Origin: Halopseudomonas sp.
GTDB taxonomy: Bacteria; Pseudomonadota; Gammaproteobacteria; Pseudomonadales; Pseudomonadaceae
Length of the DNA: 64,000 nucleotides
Direction: 5' to 3'
Assembly: GCF_036961105.1 (NCBI RefSeq)
Contig: NZ_JBALWW010000006.1
Location: 15,239 to 79,238, forward strand
A program made the translations under genes and the position numbers. The notes under the pieces were generated by a model that was not told where the DNA came from, ran no database searches, and saw only the letters and a program-made list of their open reading frames with translations. Below, one piece after another: positions 21,440-30,249 of this stretch; the stretch's first letter is position 1; every line of letters begins with the position of its first letter.

Positions 21440-22729
21440 TTACTGCGCCCGCGTTACCCGCCAGATGGTATTGGACAGATCGTCGGCAATGATCAGCGCG
21501 CCGCGCGGGTCCAGCGTTACGCCTACCGGGCGCCCGCGAGTCTTGCCATTCTCATCCCGAAAACCGGTGACAAAGTCTACCGGGTCCCCGTTTGGACGGC
21601 CGTTGCTGAAAGGCACGAACACGACCTTGTAACCTACCGGGTCGGGGCGATTCCAGCTGCCGTGCTCCCCAACAAAAGCGCCTTCGGCAAATTCCGCACC
21701 CATGACCTCACTGGAAAAGTCGACGCCCAGAGCGGCAACATGCGAACCCAGCGCATAGTCAGGCTTGACCGCCTCGGCGACCTTCTCCGGCTTCTGCGGG
21801 CGCACGCGCGGGTCTACATTCTGCCCCCAGTAGCTGTAAGGCCAACCGTAAAATGCACCCTCGCGCACGGCGGTCAGGTAGTCTGGCACCAGGTTGGGCC
21901 CCAGCTCATCGCGTTCGTTTACCACCGCCCACAGCTGATCCGTGCCGGGTTGGATGGTAAGCGCGGTCGGATTGCGCAAGCCGGTGGCATAGGGCTTGTG
22001 AGCGCCGGTTTGCGCATCAACCTGCCAGATCATCGCGCGATCCACCTCGGCCGCCATGCCGCGCTCGGTGATGTTGCTGTTGGAGCCGATGCCAACATAG
22101 AGGAAGCGCCCGTCCGCACTGGCAGTCAGCGCCTTGGTCCAGTGGTGGTTGATTGCCGAGGGCAGGTCGGTGAGCTTTTCTGGTGGGCCACTGGCCTGGG
22201 TCTGGCCTGGCTGATAATCAAAGCGCACCAGGGCATCCTGGTTGGCCACGTAGAGGTTGTTGTCCACCAGCGCCAGGCCGTAGGGCGCATTGAGGTTGTC
22301 GGCGAACACGCCCTGGGTTTCGTAGGTGCCATCGCCGTCGCTGTCACGCAGCAGGGTGAGGCGGTTGCCACTTTTTACCGAGGTATTGCCCTGTGCCTTG
22401 ATGTAGCCGGCAATGACGTCCTTGGGTTTCAGTTTGGGCGCGTTGCCTCCGCGACCCTCGGCAACCAATATGTCGCCGTTGGGCAGGACCAGGGTCTGGC
22501 GGGGAATTTTCAGATTGGTAGCTATCGCGGTAATGCTGTAATTCTCCGGCACTGTGGGGCGTTGATCCCCCCAGTTTGCCGGCTCGGCGATGGTCATATT
22601 GGGTAACAGGCCGCGTTGCTGTTCGGGTAGTCGCGGGTCGGGGCCGTATTGAGCTGCTTGTTCGTCAGCGGCCTGCGCGCTCAGGGCCACAGCGGTGGTG
22701 AGTATCAGGATTCGGCTGGTATGTATCAT
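21440..22729 (-). CDS. PQQ-dependent sugar / L-sorbosone dehydrogenase-family beta-propeller
   Basis: INHHWTK, GLRNP, VNERDELGPNLVPDY, HGSWNR, GRPVGV motifs; signal peptide; ATG overlaps the stop codon of the upstream gene. Confidence 0.9.
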   Translation of the reverse strand: MIHTSRILILTTAVALSAQAADEQAAQYGPDPRLPEQQRGLLPNMTIAEPANWGDQRPTVPENYSITAIATNLKIPRQTLVLPNGDILVAEGRGGNAPKLKPKDVIAGYIKAQGNTSVKSGNRLTLLRDSDGDGTYETQGVFADNLNAPYGLALVDNNLYVANQDALVRFDYQPGQTQASGPPEKLTDLPSAINHHWTKALTASADGRFLYVGIGSNSNITERGMAAEVDRAMIWQVDAQTGAHKPYATGLRNPTALTIQPGTDQLWAVVNERDELGPNLVPDYLTAVREGAFYGWPYSYWGQNVDPRVRPQKPEKVAEAVKPDYALGSHVAALGVDFSSEVMGAEFAEGAFVGEHGSWNRPDPVGYKVVFVPFSNGRPNGDPVDFVTGFRDENGKTRGRPVGVTLDPRGALIIADDLSNTIWRVTRAQ

Positions 22730-23163
22730 TGCACACCTCCCACGCGGCGGCTGGAAAAGCGAACGGCGGTGGCGGCGCAGGCCAGCAAGGTTACGATCAC
22801 CGAAAGAATCAGGCCAGTTGGCATCATGGCCCACGCGTCTCTGGCGTGAACCAGAGCATTGATAAACCCGAGAATCCAGGCGGCCACCAGCAGTAGCAGA
22901 TAGATCAGGCTGCGTCCGTCTCTGCCGTGCGGGCGAGTCAGACCCAGCAGGGCGCAGACTATCGCCAGACCGGCATAAACCAGCCCGCCGGCAATCAGCC
23001 ATGAGGAAAAGGTACTCCACTCGATCTGGAAACTCTTGGCATAGGCCAGGTCACTCAGCAGGGCGCCGAGAAACAGCGGCATGCTCCCGGCGAGCAAGAT
23101 GGCGTGCAGCGGGTGTAGCGGGTACAGGATAACCTGATGCGATCGCTCGTTATGAACAGACAC
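22726..23163 (-). CDS. DUF2231 membrane protein
   Basis: HPLHAILLA, FSSWLIAGGL, NALVHARDAW; GTG start after AAGGAG. The family is usually coupled to this dehydrogenase. Confidence 0.85.
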   Translation of the reverse strand: MSVHNERSHQVILYPLHPLHAILLAGSMPLFLGALLSDLAYAKSFQIEWSTFSSWLIAGGLVYAGLAIVCALLGLTRPHGRDGRSLIYLLLLVAAWILGFINALVHARDAWAMMPTGLILSVIVTLLACAATAVRFSSRRVGGVQ

Positions 23164-23319
23164 GGTGATCTCCTTATTGTTGGTTTGGCGGGCCACGTCT
23201 TGCACTGCAGGTTGTCGCCGGGCTAGCGCTGGAGGGCTCAGTGAGTCGCCATCAGCTGTAGCTGGTCCGCCGTCTGGTCCGCCGTGTTGGTGCCCTCGTG
23301 CGAGGCGCGCTCCATAGCT

Positions 23320-23346
23320 TTAGAAGAACAAGGCCTGGTTAAGTTC
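23320..23346 (-). promoter_or_regulatory. sigmaE/AlgU-type promoter of the DUF2231-dehydrogenase operon
   Basis: Minus strand GAACTT-N16-TCTAA. Confidence 0.75.
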
Positions 23347-23413
23347 GTACGATTTTCAAGACGGCGGGCATCTGCCATGCCAGCTCGTGCGCCCATTTCT
23401 CCCTCGCTGCTGC

Positions 23414-23429
23414 TGGCACAAGTATTGCT
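23414..23429 (+). promoter_or_regulatory. sigma54 -24/-12 promoter of the NasR-like gene
   Basis: TGGCAC-AAGTA-TTGCT with exact GG-N10-GC spacing. Confidence 0.8.
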
Positions 23430-23469
23430 GCAGCTTCCCTGTGCCAGTCATGGTCATGGGAGGAATGGT

Positions 23470-24759
23470 ATGTCGACTGCTCTGGAGTTCATGCTGGCAG
23501 CGCGGCGCAGCGAAATGCAGGGGCTGCAGGCGCTGGCGGTTACCTGCCAACTGGTAGGCGAGATCAGCCAGCTGGTGCATGCGCTGCAGCGCGAGCGGGG
23601 CTTTTCCAATATGTATCTGGGCGGCCAGGCCGAGCGCTATCGCAGGTCGTTGGATACCTTGTCCGGAGATGCCACTCGCTGCGAACAGGCTGTGCGCAAG
23701 GCCTTTGATGGCATGGATCTGGAGCGCAGCTGCGGTGCCGAAAAGGCACGCCTGTTTACCCGGGTGGCCTTTGTGTTGCATGGGCTGGACGGCTTGCCCA
23801 CCTTGCGTCGCCGGGTGCGCGAACAGCAACTGGACGCGCAGGAGGCCACACACGGTTTTACCCGCCTGATCGCGGGCCTGCTGGCGGTGGTGTTTGAAGC
23901 GGCAGACAGCGCGGTAGATCCGCGCATTACCCGAGCGCTGGTGGCGTTGTTCAACTTCATGCAAGGCAAGGAGTTGGCCGGTCAGGAACGCGCTGCCGGG
24001 GTCTGCGGCTTTGTCGCCGGCTATTTTGAGCAACCGCAGTGCAGCCGACTGGGGTTTCTCGAAGAGGCGCAGCAGCGCTGTTTTGATACCTTCCTGGAGT
24101 TTGCCGAGCAGGACACCCGGGCCGCATGGGCAACCCTGTGCAGTGGCGAGTTGATGGGTGAGATTGCGCGCTTGCGTCAGGTGGCGCTGCGTACCAGTGA
24201 GCAGAGCCAGGTGCAGAGCAGTATGGGCGAAGTGTGGTTTGAGCTTACCTCGCAGCGCATCGACAGCATGAAGCAGGTGGAGGATCAATTGGCCGAGCGC
24301 CTGCAGAGCCTGTGTGAGCACAAGATCCAGCAGGCCAGTGCCGATCTGGACAGTCAACGCCGCCTGACCCGGCGCCTGCATCAACTGGACGAGGAGGGTA
24401 ACGCCCCCGCCGCGCGCCTATACAATGTGCAAGCCACCGAGCTGGAAGCACTGCCGGGCGAGCGTATCGGTAATCACATGCAACGCTCTGTGCTGGAACT
24501 GGTGCACGAACAGACGGTGCGCCTGCAGCACCTGCACGATGAGCTAGACGCCGCGCGTCGCAGCCTCAGCGAGCGCAAGTTGATCGAACGCGCCAAGGGC
24601 GTTCTGATGACCCGGCAAGGGTTGAATGAAGAGCAGGCGTTTCGGGCTCTGCAGGGCGCAGCGATGGAGCGCGGCCAAAAGCTTATCGAGGTCGCCCAGT
24701 CGATTCTCAACTACAACGAACTCCTGCAACCCTCTGCGCAGCAGACGCAGGCGCGTTGA
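23470..24759 (+). CDS. NasR-like nitrate/nitrite-sensing (NIT) + ANTAR antiterminator
   Basis: LVHALQRERG and FMQGKELAGQERA (NIT domain); LSERKLIERAKGVLM...EEQAF (ANTAR domain). Confidence 0.88.
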   Translation: MSTALEFMLAARRSEMQGLQALAVTCQLVGEISQLVHALQRERGFSNMYLGGQAERYRRSLDTLSGDATRCEQAVRKAFDGMDLERSCGAEKARLFTRVAFVLHGLDGLPTLRRRVREQQLDAQEATHGFTRLIAGLLAVVFEAADSAVDPRITRALVALFNFMQGKELAGQERAAGVCGFVAGYFEQPQCSRLGFLEEAQQRCFDTFLEFAEQDTRAAWATLCSGELMGEIARLRQVALRTSEQSQVQSSMGEVWFELTSQRIDSMKQVEDQLAERLQSLCEHKIQQASADLDSQRRLTRRLHQLDEEGNAPAARLYNVQATELEALPGERIGNHMQRSVLELVHEQTVRLQHLHDELDAARRSLSERKLIERAKGVLMTRQGLNEEQAFRALQGAAMERGQKLIEVAQSILNYNELLQPSAQQTQAR

Positions 24760-24825
24760 AGCCCTGCACGCTAGTGGCGCACGGGCCTCTGCTGCTGCGC
24801 CTTATGCGGGCGCCAGGGCTCGCGG

Positions 24826-24854
24826 TTGACGCTTTCGGGCAAAGTCACTACTCT
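24826..24854 (+). promoter_or_regulatory. sigma70 promoter of the btuB/cob leader
   Basis: TTGACG-N17-TACTCT immediately before the riboswitch. Confidence 0.7.
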
Positions 24855-24860
24855 TCACGC

Positions 24861-25066
24861 CTGCTTCAGGTTCCCTCTATTCAGAGAGGGTGAAACTGGG
24901 AAGCCGGTGCGTCTGCCAATGCAGACAATTCCGGCGCTGCCCCCGCAACGGTAAGCGATGTTCGCCACAAGGCGATGCGCCTGAGAAAACCACTGTGCTG
25001 TGCATGGGAAGGTTCAGGTCGCAGGATCCAATGATCAACGCGCAAGCCCGGAGACCGGCCTGATGC
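24861..25066 (+). ncRNA. Cobalamin (AdoCbl) riboswitch
   Basis: GGTGAAACTGGGAAGCCGGTG...CCGGCGCTGCCCCCGCAACGGTAA...CCACTG...GGGAAG...AGCCCGGAGACCGGCCTGA (B12 box); P1 TCAGGT/GCCTGA; upstream of btuB. Confidence 0.95.
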
Positions 25067-25195
25067 TATTCACAACAGTGCGGTGGGCGCTGTAGGTGCG
25101 CGGCCCTCGCTATGCTTGTTGCCGTTCCCCTGCCTCCGTCACTGTGTATCTCAGTCAGAGTCGTGCGGGTGGGTACGACGGAGCAACCAAGCAGT

Positions 25196-27001
25196 ATGAA
25201 AACCTTTCTTCGTGCCCCAGTGGCGCTCGGCCTCGTTGGCCTTTCTTCCCTGTCCTTTGGCCATACGGTCAGTCTTGAAGACCAGGTGGTAACCGCTACG
25301 CGGACCAGCCAGACCAGCAGCATTGCCGCAACCACAGTGTTTGAGCGCACCGACATTGATCGCTTGCAGGCTACCAGTGTCGAGCAAGTGCTGCGCCGTG
25401 TGCCTGGTATCAGCATCAGCAATAACGGCGGTCCCGGTAAAACTACCTCTGTGAGCATCCGTGGCAGCAGCGACAAGCACGTACTGGTGATGATCGACGG
25501 TGTCCGTATTGGTTCGGCGACCTCTGGCGTGGCTGCATTGCAGAACCTCCCGGTCGAACAAATCGAGCGCATCGAGGTGGTGCGTGGGCCGCGCTCCAGC
25601 CTCTACGGTTCCGACGCGATCGGCGGCGTGATTCAGATCTTCACCCGCAGGGGCGATGGCGGCGACCCCAGCCCGTATTTTTCTACCACGGTAGGCAGCG
25701 CCCAGCACCTGGCCGGCACAGCGGGTATTTCCGGGGGCAGCGACCAAGCCTGGTACAACCTGGGCGTGAGTAGTCTGAAAACCGAAGGCATAGACGCGCG
25801 ACCTTCGCGCGAGCGTGATCACGACGGGTACCGTGAACTCTCTGGCACGCTTTCCGGTGGCTATCGCTTCGACAACGGCCTGCTGATTGACGCCAACCTG
25901 TTGCGGGTGGAGTCGCACAATGATTACGACTCGGGCTTCAAGGCCAATGCCGACGGTGTGTTGAGTGCCTACGGTGCACGCGCGCGTTTCTCCCCGGCGA
26001 GCATCTGGGATGTAACCCTGCAGGTGGGTCGCAGTGAAGATGACAACAAGACCTACTCGGGTAGCACCGTCAACAGCCGCTTTGATACACAGCGAGACAG
26101 CGCCAGTTGGCAGAACGATCTGCGTATCGCCGAGGGACAACTGGTCACGCTGGGCTATGACTGGCTCGAAGACCAGATCAGCAGCAGCGTGAGCTATGCG
26201 GAGCAAAGCCGCTACAACCACGGTCTGTTCGCGCAGTATCTTGGTCAGGCCGGCAAGCATGACTGGCAACTGAGCCTGCGTCACGACGACAACCAGGCTT
26301 ACGGCGAGCACACCACCGGCAGTATTGGCTACGGTTTTGCCCTCACCGACAGCATCAGTTTTGCGGCGAGCTACGGTACCGCCTACAACGCACCCACCTT
26401 TAATCAGCTTTACTACCCGGGCTTCGGCAATCCCGCGATCGAGGCAGAAACTTCAAAGAACATCGAGGCCGGCGTGCGCGGGCAGCACAATTGGGGCAGC
26501 TGGTCGGTCAACGCGTTCAACAACGATATCGACAACATGATTTCAACAGTAACCGTAGCCGGCGTTTCCCTGGCGGAAAATGTCGACAAGGCTGAGATCA
26601 AAGGTCTTGAGTTCGAACTGGTAACCCAGCAACTGGGCTGGAACTGGCAGACCAACCTGACGCTGCAGGACCCGAAAAACCGCTCTTACAAGGCGAGCGA
26701 CGGTGATCTGATCAGACGCACCCCCGAGCAGATATTCAACCTCGACGTCGATCGCCGCTTTGGCCGCGTTGGGTTGGGCGCGACCGTGCATGCCGAAGGC
26801 CGGCGCTGGGACGATGCGGCCAATACCAAGGATATGCCTGGTTACAACACCGTCGATCTGCGGGTCGAGTACTGGCTGAGCCATGACTGGCGCCTGCAGG
26901 CGCAGGTCACCAATGTGTTTGATACCGATTACGAAACCGTCGAGAGCTATCAGCAACCGGGTCGCGCAGGCTATCTGACGCTGCGTTATCAGGTGCTCTA
27001 G
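25196..27001 (+). CDS. btuB: TonB-dependent vitamin B12 receptor
   Basis: TonB box DQVVTAT, IERIEVVRGPRSSLYGSDAIGGVIQIFT plug signature, C-terminal PGRAGYLTLRY; under the B12 riboswitch. Confidence 0.92.
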   Translation: MKTFLRAPVALGLVGLSSLSFGHTVSLEDQVVTATRTSQTSSIAATTVFERTDIDRLQATSVEQVLRRVPGISISNNGGPGKTTSVSIRGSSDKHVLVMIDGVRIGSATSGVAALQNLPVEQIERIEVVRGPRSSLYGSDAIGGVIQIFTRRGDGGDPSPYFSTTVGSAQHLAGTAGISGGSDQAWYNLGVSSLKTEGIDARPSRERDHDGYRELSGTLSGGYRFDNGLLIDANLLRVESHNDYDSGFKANADGVLSAYGARARFSPASIWDVTLQVGRSEDDNKTYSGSTVNSRFDTQRDSASWQNDLRIAEGQLVTLGYDWLEDQISSSVSYAEQSRYNHGLFAQYLGQAGKHDWQLSLRHDDNQAYGEHTTGSIGYGFALTDSISFAASYGTAYNAPTFNQLYYPGFGNPAIEAETSKNIEAGVRGQHNWGSWSVNAFNNDIDNMISTVTVAGVSLAENVDKAEIKGLEFELVTQQLGWNWQTNLTLQDPKNRSYKASDGDLIRRTPEQIFNLDVDRRFGRVGLGATVHAEGRRWDDAANTKDMPGYNTVDLRVEYWLSHDWRLQAQVTNVFDTDYETVESYQQPGRAGYLTLRYQVL

Positions 27002-27110
27002 CGTCGGCGAGGGTAAGACGCTTGTCGGTTCACTGAGATGGGCCGACATCAACAGACGTCTGTAGCCACAAAGGCTGCAGGCGTTTTGCTGTTTCAATGA
27101 GGAGAACAAT

Positions 27111-27686
27111 ATGCTGAACCTGTCCAGAACCACTCAGATTTACCTCGGCATTGCCCTGGTGGCCCTGATGGCCATGACCCGTGGCAGTCACTTTCCGCTG
27201 CAGAACCTGCCCAGCGCTTCCTGGGCGGTCTTTTTCCTGGCGGGGGTGCTGCTGCGGCCCAAGTGGGTTTTCCCGCTGCTGTTTGCCGAAGCGACGCTTA
27301 TCGACGTGGCCAGCGTAGGCTGGATCAATGCCGGTCACCATTGCATGAGCGTGGCCTACTGGATGCTGATTCCGGCCTACGGCGCGCTCTGGTTCGGCGG
27401 CCGTCTGTACGCTGGCTGGCATCGTGAACAGGCCGGCTCGCTGGGCATTCTGCTACCGGTCATGGCGCTGAGCGCACTGGTCTGCCATCTGTTTTCCAGC
27501 GGCGGTTTCTACTTTTTTTCCGGCCGCTATGAAACACCCACGCTGCTGGGCATGGCTGAACGCACCGCGCACTATTATCCGCAGTACCTGAGCACCCTGG
27601 CGCTTTATGTCGGCATTGCCGTGGTGCTGTACGTGGGCGCCCGCAGTGCGCAGGCCTTGCTCGGCAAGCAGAGCCCGCAGGCATGA
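27111..27686 (+). CDS. btuM: BtuM-like solitary ECF S-component B12 transporter
   Basis: MTRGSHF, LPSASWAVFF, HCMSVAYW (Cys78), GGFYFFSGRY resemble BtuM as I recall it; lies between btuB and cobO. Confidence 0.8.
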   Translation: MLNLSRTTQIYLGIALVALMAMTRGSHFPLQNLPSASWAVFFLAGVLLRPKWVFPLLFAEATLIDVASVGWINAGHHCMSVAYWMLIPAYGALWFGGRLYAGWHREQAGSLGILLPVMALSALVCHLFSSGGFYFFSGRYETPTLLGMAERTAHYYPQYLSTLALYVGIAVVLYVGARSAQALLGKQSPQA

Positions 27687-28297
27687 GTGAGCAGGACCCG
27701 TCGCGCGACGAGCGCCACCGCCAGCGCATGCAGCGCAAGAAAGCGGTGGTGGATGAAAAGATCGCCGTCGCGCAGCACGAGCGCGGTGTGTTGCTGGTGC
27801 TCACCGGCAACGGCAAGGGCAAAAGCAGTTCGGGTTTTGGCATGGCTGCGCGCGCCCTGGGGCACGGCATGCGCATTGGCATCGTGCAGTTCATCAAGGG
27901 CGCCAAGAGCACTGGCGAGGAGAACTTTTTCCGCCGCTTCCCGGATGAGGTGCGTTACCACGTGATGGGTGCCGGGTTCACCTGGGAAACCCAGGACCGG
28001 CAAGATGACATGGCCAAGGCACAGGCCGCCTGGGCGGTAGCCGTAGAGCTGATGCGCGATCCGCAGGTGGCACTGGTGCTGCTGGACGAGCTGAATATCG
28101 CACTCAAGTACGGATACCTGCAGCTGGACCAGGTGATCGCCGATATTCAGGCACGGCCAGCCGAGCAGCATGTGGTGGTGACCGGGCGCGGTGCGCCGGC
28201 AGCCTTGCTGGAGGTGGCCGATACCGTCACGGAGATGGGCGTGGTAAAGCACGCGTTCAAGGCCGGGATCAAGGCGCAGAAGGGGATCGAATTTTGA
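27683..28297 (+). CDS. cobO: Cob(I)yrinic acid a,c-diamide adenosyltransferase
   Basis: GNGKGKSSS P-loop, QFIKG, GFTWETQD, LDELN, TGR. Confidence 0.96.
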   Translation: MSEQDPSRDERHRQRMQRKKAVVDEKIAVAQHERGVLLVLTGNGKGKSSSGFGMAARALGHGMRIGIVQFIKGAKSTGEENFFRRFPDEVRYHVMGAGFTWETQDRQDDMAKAQAAWAVAVELMRDPQVALVLLDELNIALKYGYLQLDQVIADIQARPAEQHVVVTGRGAPAALLEVADTVTEMGVVKHAFKAGIKAQKGIEF

Positions 28298-29586
28298 ATA
28301 ATAGGGAATGTCCGGCAGTACTGATTGCAGCGCCTGCCTCGGGGCAGGGCAAAACCACCGTCACCGCAGCGCTGGCGCGCATGCATCGGCTGGCGGGCAG
28401 GCAGGTACGGGTATTCAAGTGTGGCCCCGACTTTCTCGATCCCATGATCCTGGAAGTGGCGAGCGGCGCGCCGGTGCATCAGCTCGACCTCTGGATGGTG
28501 GGATTGGAGCAGTCTCAGCGGCTGCTGTGGGAAGCCGCCGGCGAGGCCGATCTGATTCTGATTGAAGGCGTCATGGGGCTGTTCGATGGCACGCCCTCGG
28601 CAGCTGATCTGGCACGTCAGTTCGGGGTGCCGGTACTCGGGGTGATCGACGGCTCCGGCATGGCGCAGACCTTTGCCGCCATGGCCTTCGGTCTGGCGCA
28701 TTTTCAGCCCGGCTTGCCCTTTGCCGGGGTGCTGGGCAACAAGCTGGGCAGCGCCCGTCATGGCGAGATTCTGCGCGATAGTTTGCCGGCGGACATCCGC
28801 TGGTTTGGCGCTTTGCCGCGCTCGGCAGATATCGCACTGCCCAGCCGGCATCTGGGCCTGGTGCAGGCTGCGGAACTGGCCGATCTGGAGGCGCGTCTGG
28901 ACGCCGCGGCGGCAGCATTGGCCGCCAGCGTCAGCGATGCGCTGCCAGCGCCGGTCAGCTTTCGCGCTCCCCTGGCACAAGACATCGAGCCACTGTTGGC
29001 TGGCGTCAGCGTCGGGGTGGCGCGCGACGCCGCCTTTGCCTTTGTGTATCAGGCCAACCTTCAGCTGTTGCAGGCGATGGGGGCAGAACTGGTCTTTTTC
29101 TCGCCATTGAACGATAGCGGACTGCCGGAGGTAGACAGCCTTTACCTGCCCGGCGGCTATCCCGAGCTGCACGCCGCGCGCCTGGCCGGCAACAGGTCGA
29201 TGCAGGCAGATATTGCCGAACACTATCTGATGGGCAAGCCAATTGTTGCCGAGTGCGGCGGCATGCTCTATCTGCTCGACAGTCTGACCGATCTGCAGGG
29301 GGAGCGCTTCGAGATGTGCGGCTTGCTGGAGGGCAATGCAACTATGCAGCAGCGTCTCAGTGCCCTGGCGTTGCAGGCGGTAGACTTGCCCGAGGGCCGC
29401 CTGCACGGACATACCTTTCACCATTCGCAGCTCGAGAGCCAGCTGCAACCGCTGGCGCGCGGCGAATGCCCCAACTATCGGCGCACGGCCGAAGCGGTCT
29501 ATCGCATTGAGCGCTTGACCGCGTCCTATATCCATTTTTATCTACCGGGCAATCCGCAGGCTGCCGCTGCGCTCTTTCTTCCATGA
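28294..29586 (+). CDS. cobB: Cobyrinate a,c-diamide synthase
   Basis: ASGQGKTTVT, FKCGPDFLD, IEGVMGLFDG, GGYPE, AECGG glutaminase Cys; TTG start. Confidence 0.95.
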   Translation: MNNRECPAVLIAAPASGQGKTTVTAALARMHRLAGRQVRVFKCGPDFLDPMILEVASGAPVHQLDLWMVGLEQSQRLLWEAAGEADLILIEGVMGLFDGTPSAADLARQFGVPVLGVIDGSGMAQTFAAMAFGLAHFQPGLPFAGVLGNKLGSARHGEILRDSLPADIRWFGALPRSADIALPSRHLGLVQAAELADLEARLDAAAAALAASVSDALPAPVSFRAPLAQDIEPLLAGVSVGVARDAAFAFVYQANLQLLQAMGAELVFFSPLNDSGLPEVDSLYLPGGYPELHAARLAGNRSMQADIAEHYLMGKPIVAECGGMLYLLDSLTDLQGERFEMCGLLEGNATMQQRLSALALQAVDLPEGRLHGHTFHHSQLESQLQPLARGECPNYRRTAEAVYRIERLTASYIHFYLPGNPQAAAALFLP

Positions 29587-30245
29587 GCCAGCCGCATGCT
29601 TATTCCGTCGAAGAGCGTGAAGCCCTTTATCGGGCCATTCGCGAGCGGCGGGATATGCGCCATTTCAGCGGCGGGGAGGTAGCAGATACCGTGTTGCAAC
29701 GTCTTCTGCTGGCCGCGCATCAGGCGCCCAGCGTCGGTCTGATGCAGCCCTGGCGCTTCGTTCGTGTGTGCAAGCCGGCATTGCGTGAGCAGATTCATCA
29801 GTTGGTGGAGCAGGAACGAGAGGCCACCGCAGACGCCCTGGGTGAGCGCCGGGATGAATTCATGCGTCTGAAAGTGCAAGGTGTGCTGGACTGCGCCGAA
29901 CTGCTGGTGGCGGCGTTGCCGGCAGGGCGTGACGCGCATGTGTTTGGCCGCCGCACACTGCCGGAGATGGATCTGGCCTCGCTGGCCTGCGCGATTCAGA
30001 ATATGTGGCTTGCCGCCCGAGCGGAGGGCCTCGGCATGGGGTGGGTATCGCTGTTCGATCCGCAGGCATTGGCTGAATTGCTGCACTTGCCAGCGGGTGC
30101 CAAACCGGTAGCAGTGCTTTGCCTGGGGCCGGTGGCCGAATTCTATCCGCAGCCCATGCTGGTGCAGGAGCGCTGGGCACAGCCGCGCAACTTGTCCGAG
30201 CTGCTGTTTATTGATCAATGGGGAGCCCTGCGTGATGAAAACTGA
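29583..30245 (+). CDS. bluB: 5,6-dimethylbenzimidazole synthase
   Basis: RRDMRHF, APSVGLMQPWRF, LKVQG, GMGWVS. Confidence 0.93.
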   Translation: MSQPHAYSVEEREALYRAIRERRDMRHFSGGEVADTVLQRLLLAAHQAPSVGLMQPWRFVRVCKPALREQIHQLVEQEREATADALGERRDEFMRLKVQGVLDCAELLVAALPAGRDAHVFGRRTLPEMDLASLACAIQNMWLAARAEGLGMGWVSLFDPQALAELLHLPAGAKPVAVLCLGPVAEFYPQPMLVQERWAQPRNLSELLFIDQWGALRDEN

Positions 30246-30249
30246 TGCC

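Noticed and set aside
21440-23020. 526-aa version of the dehydrogenase ORF
   Set aside because: The extra 97 codons overlap DUF2231 in another frame; the signal peptide and ATGA coupling place the start at 22729.
23238-23315. 25-codon minus-strand ORF (MERASHEGT...) in the DUF2231 leader
   Set aside because: No RBS, the ATG overlaps the predicted transcription start, and the sequence looks non-coding.
21193-24759. Possible genomic islet integrated at tRNA-Asp
   Set aside because: No integrase, I found no duplicated tRNA 3' end, and there is no obvious compositional shift; the unrelated cargo genes are only suggestive.
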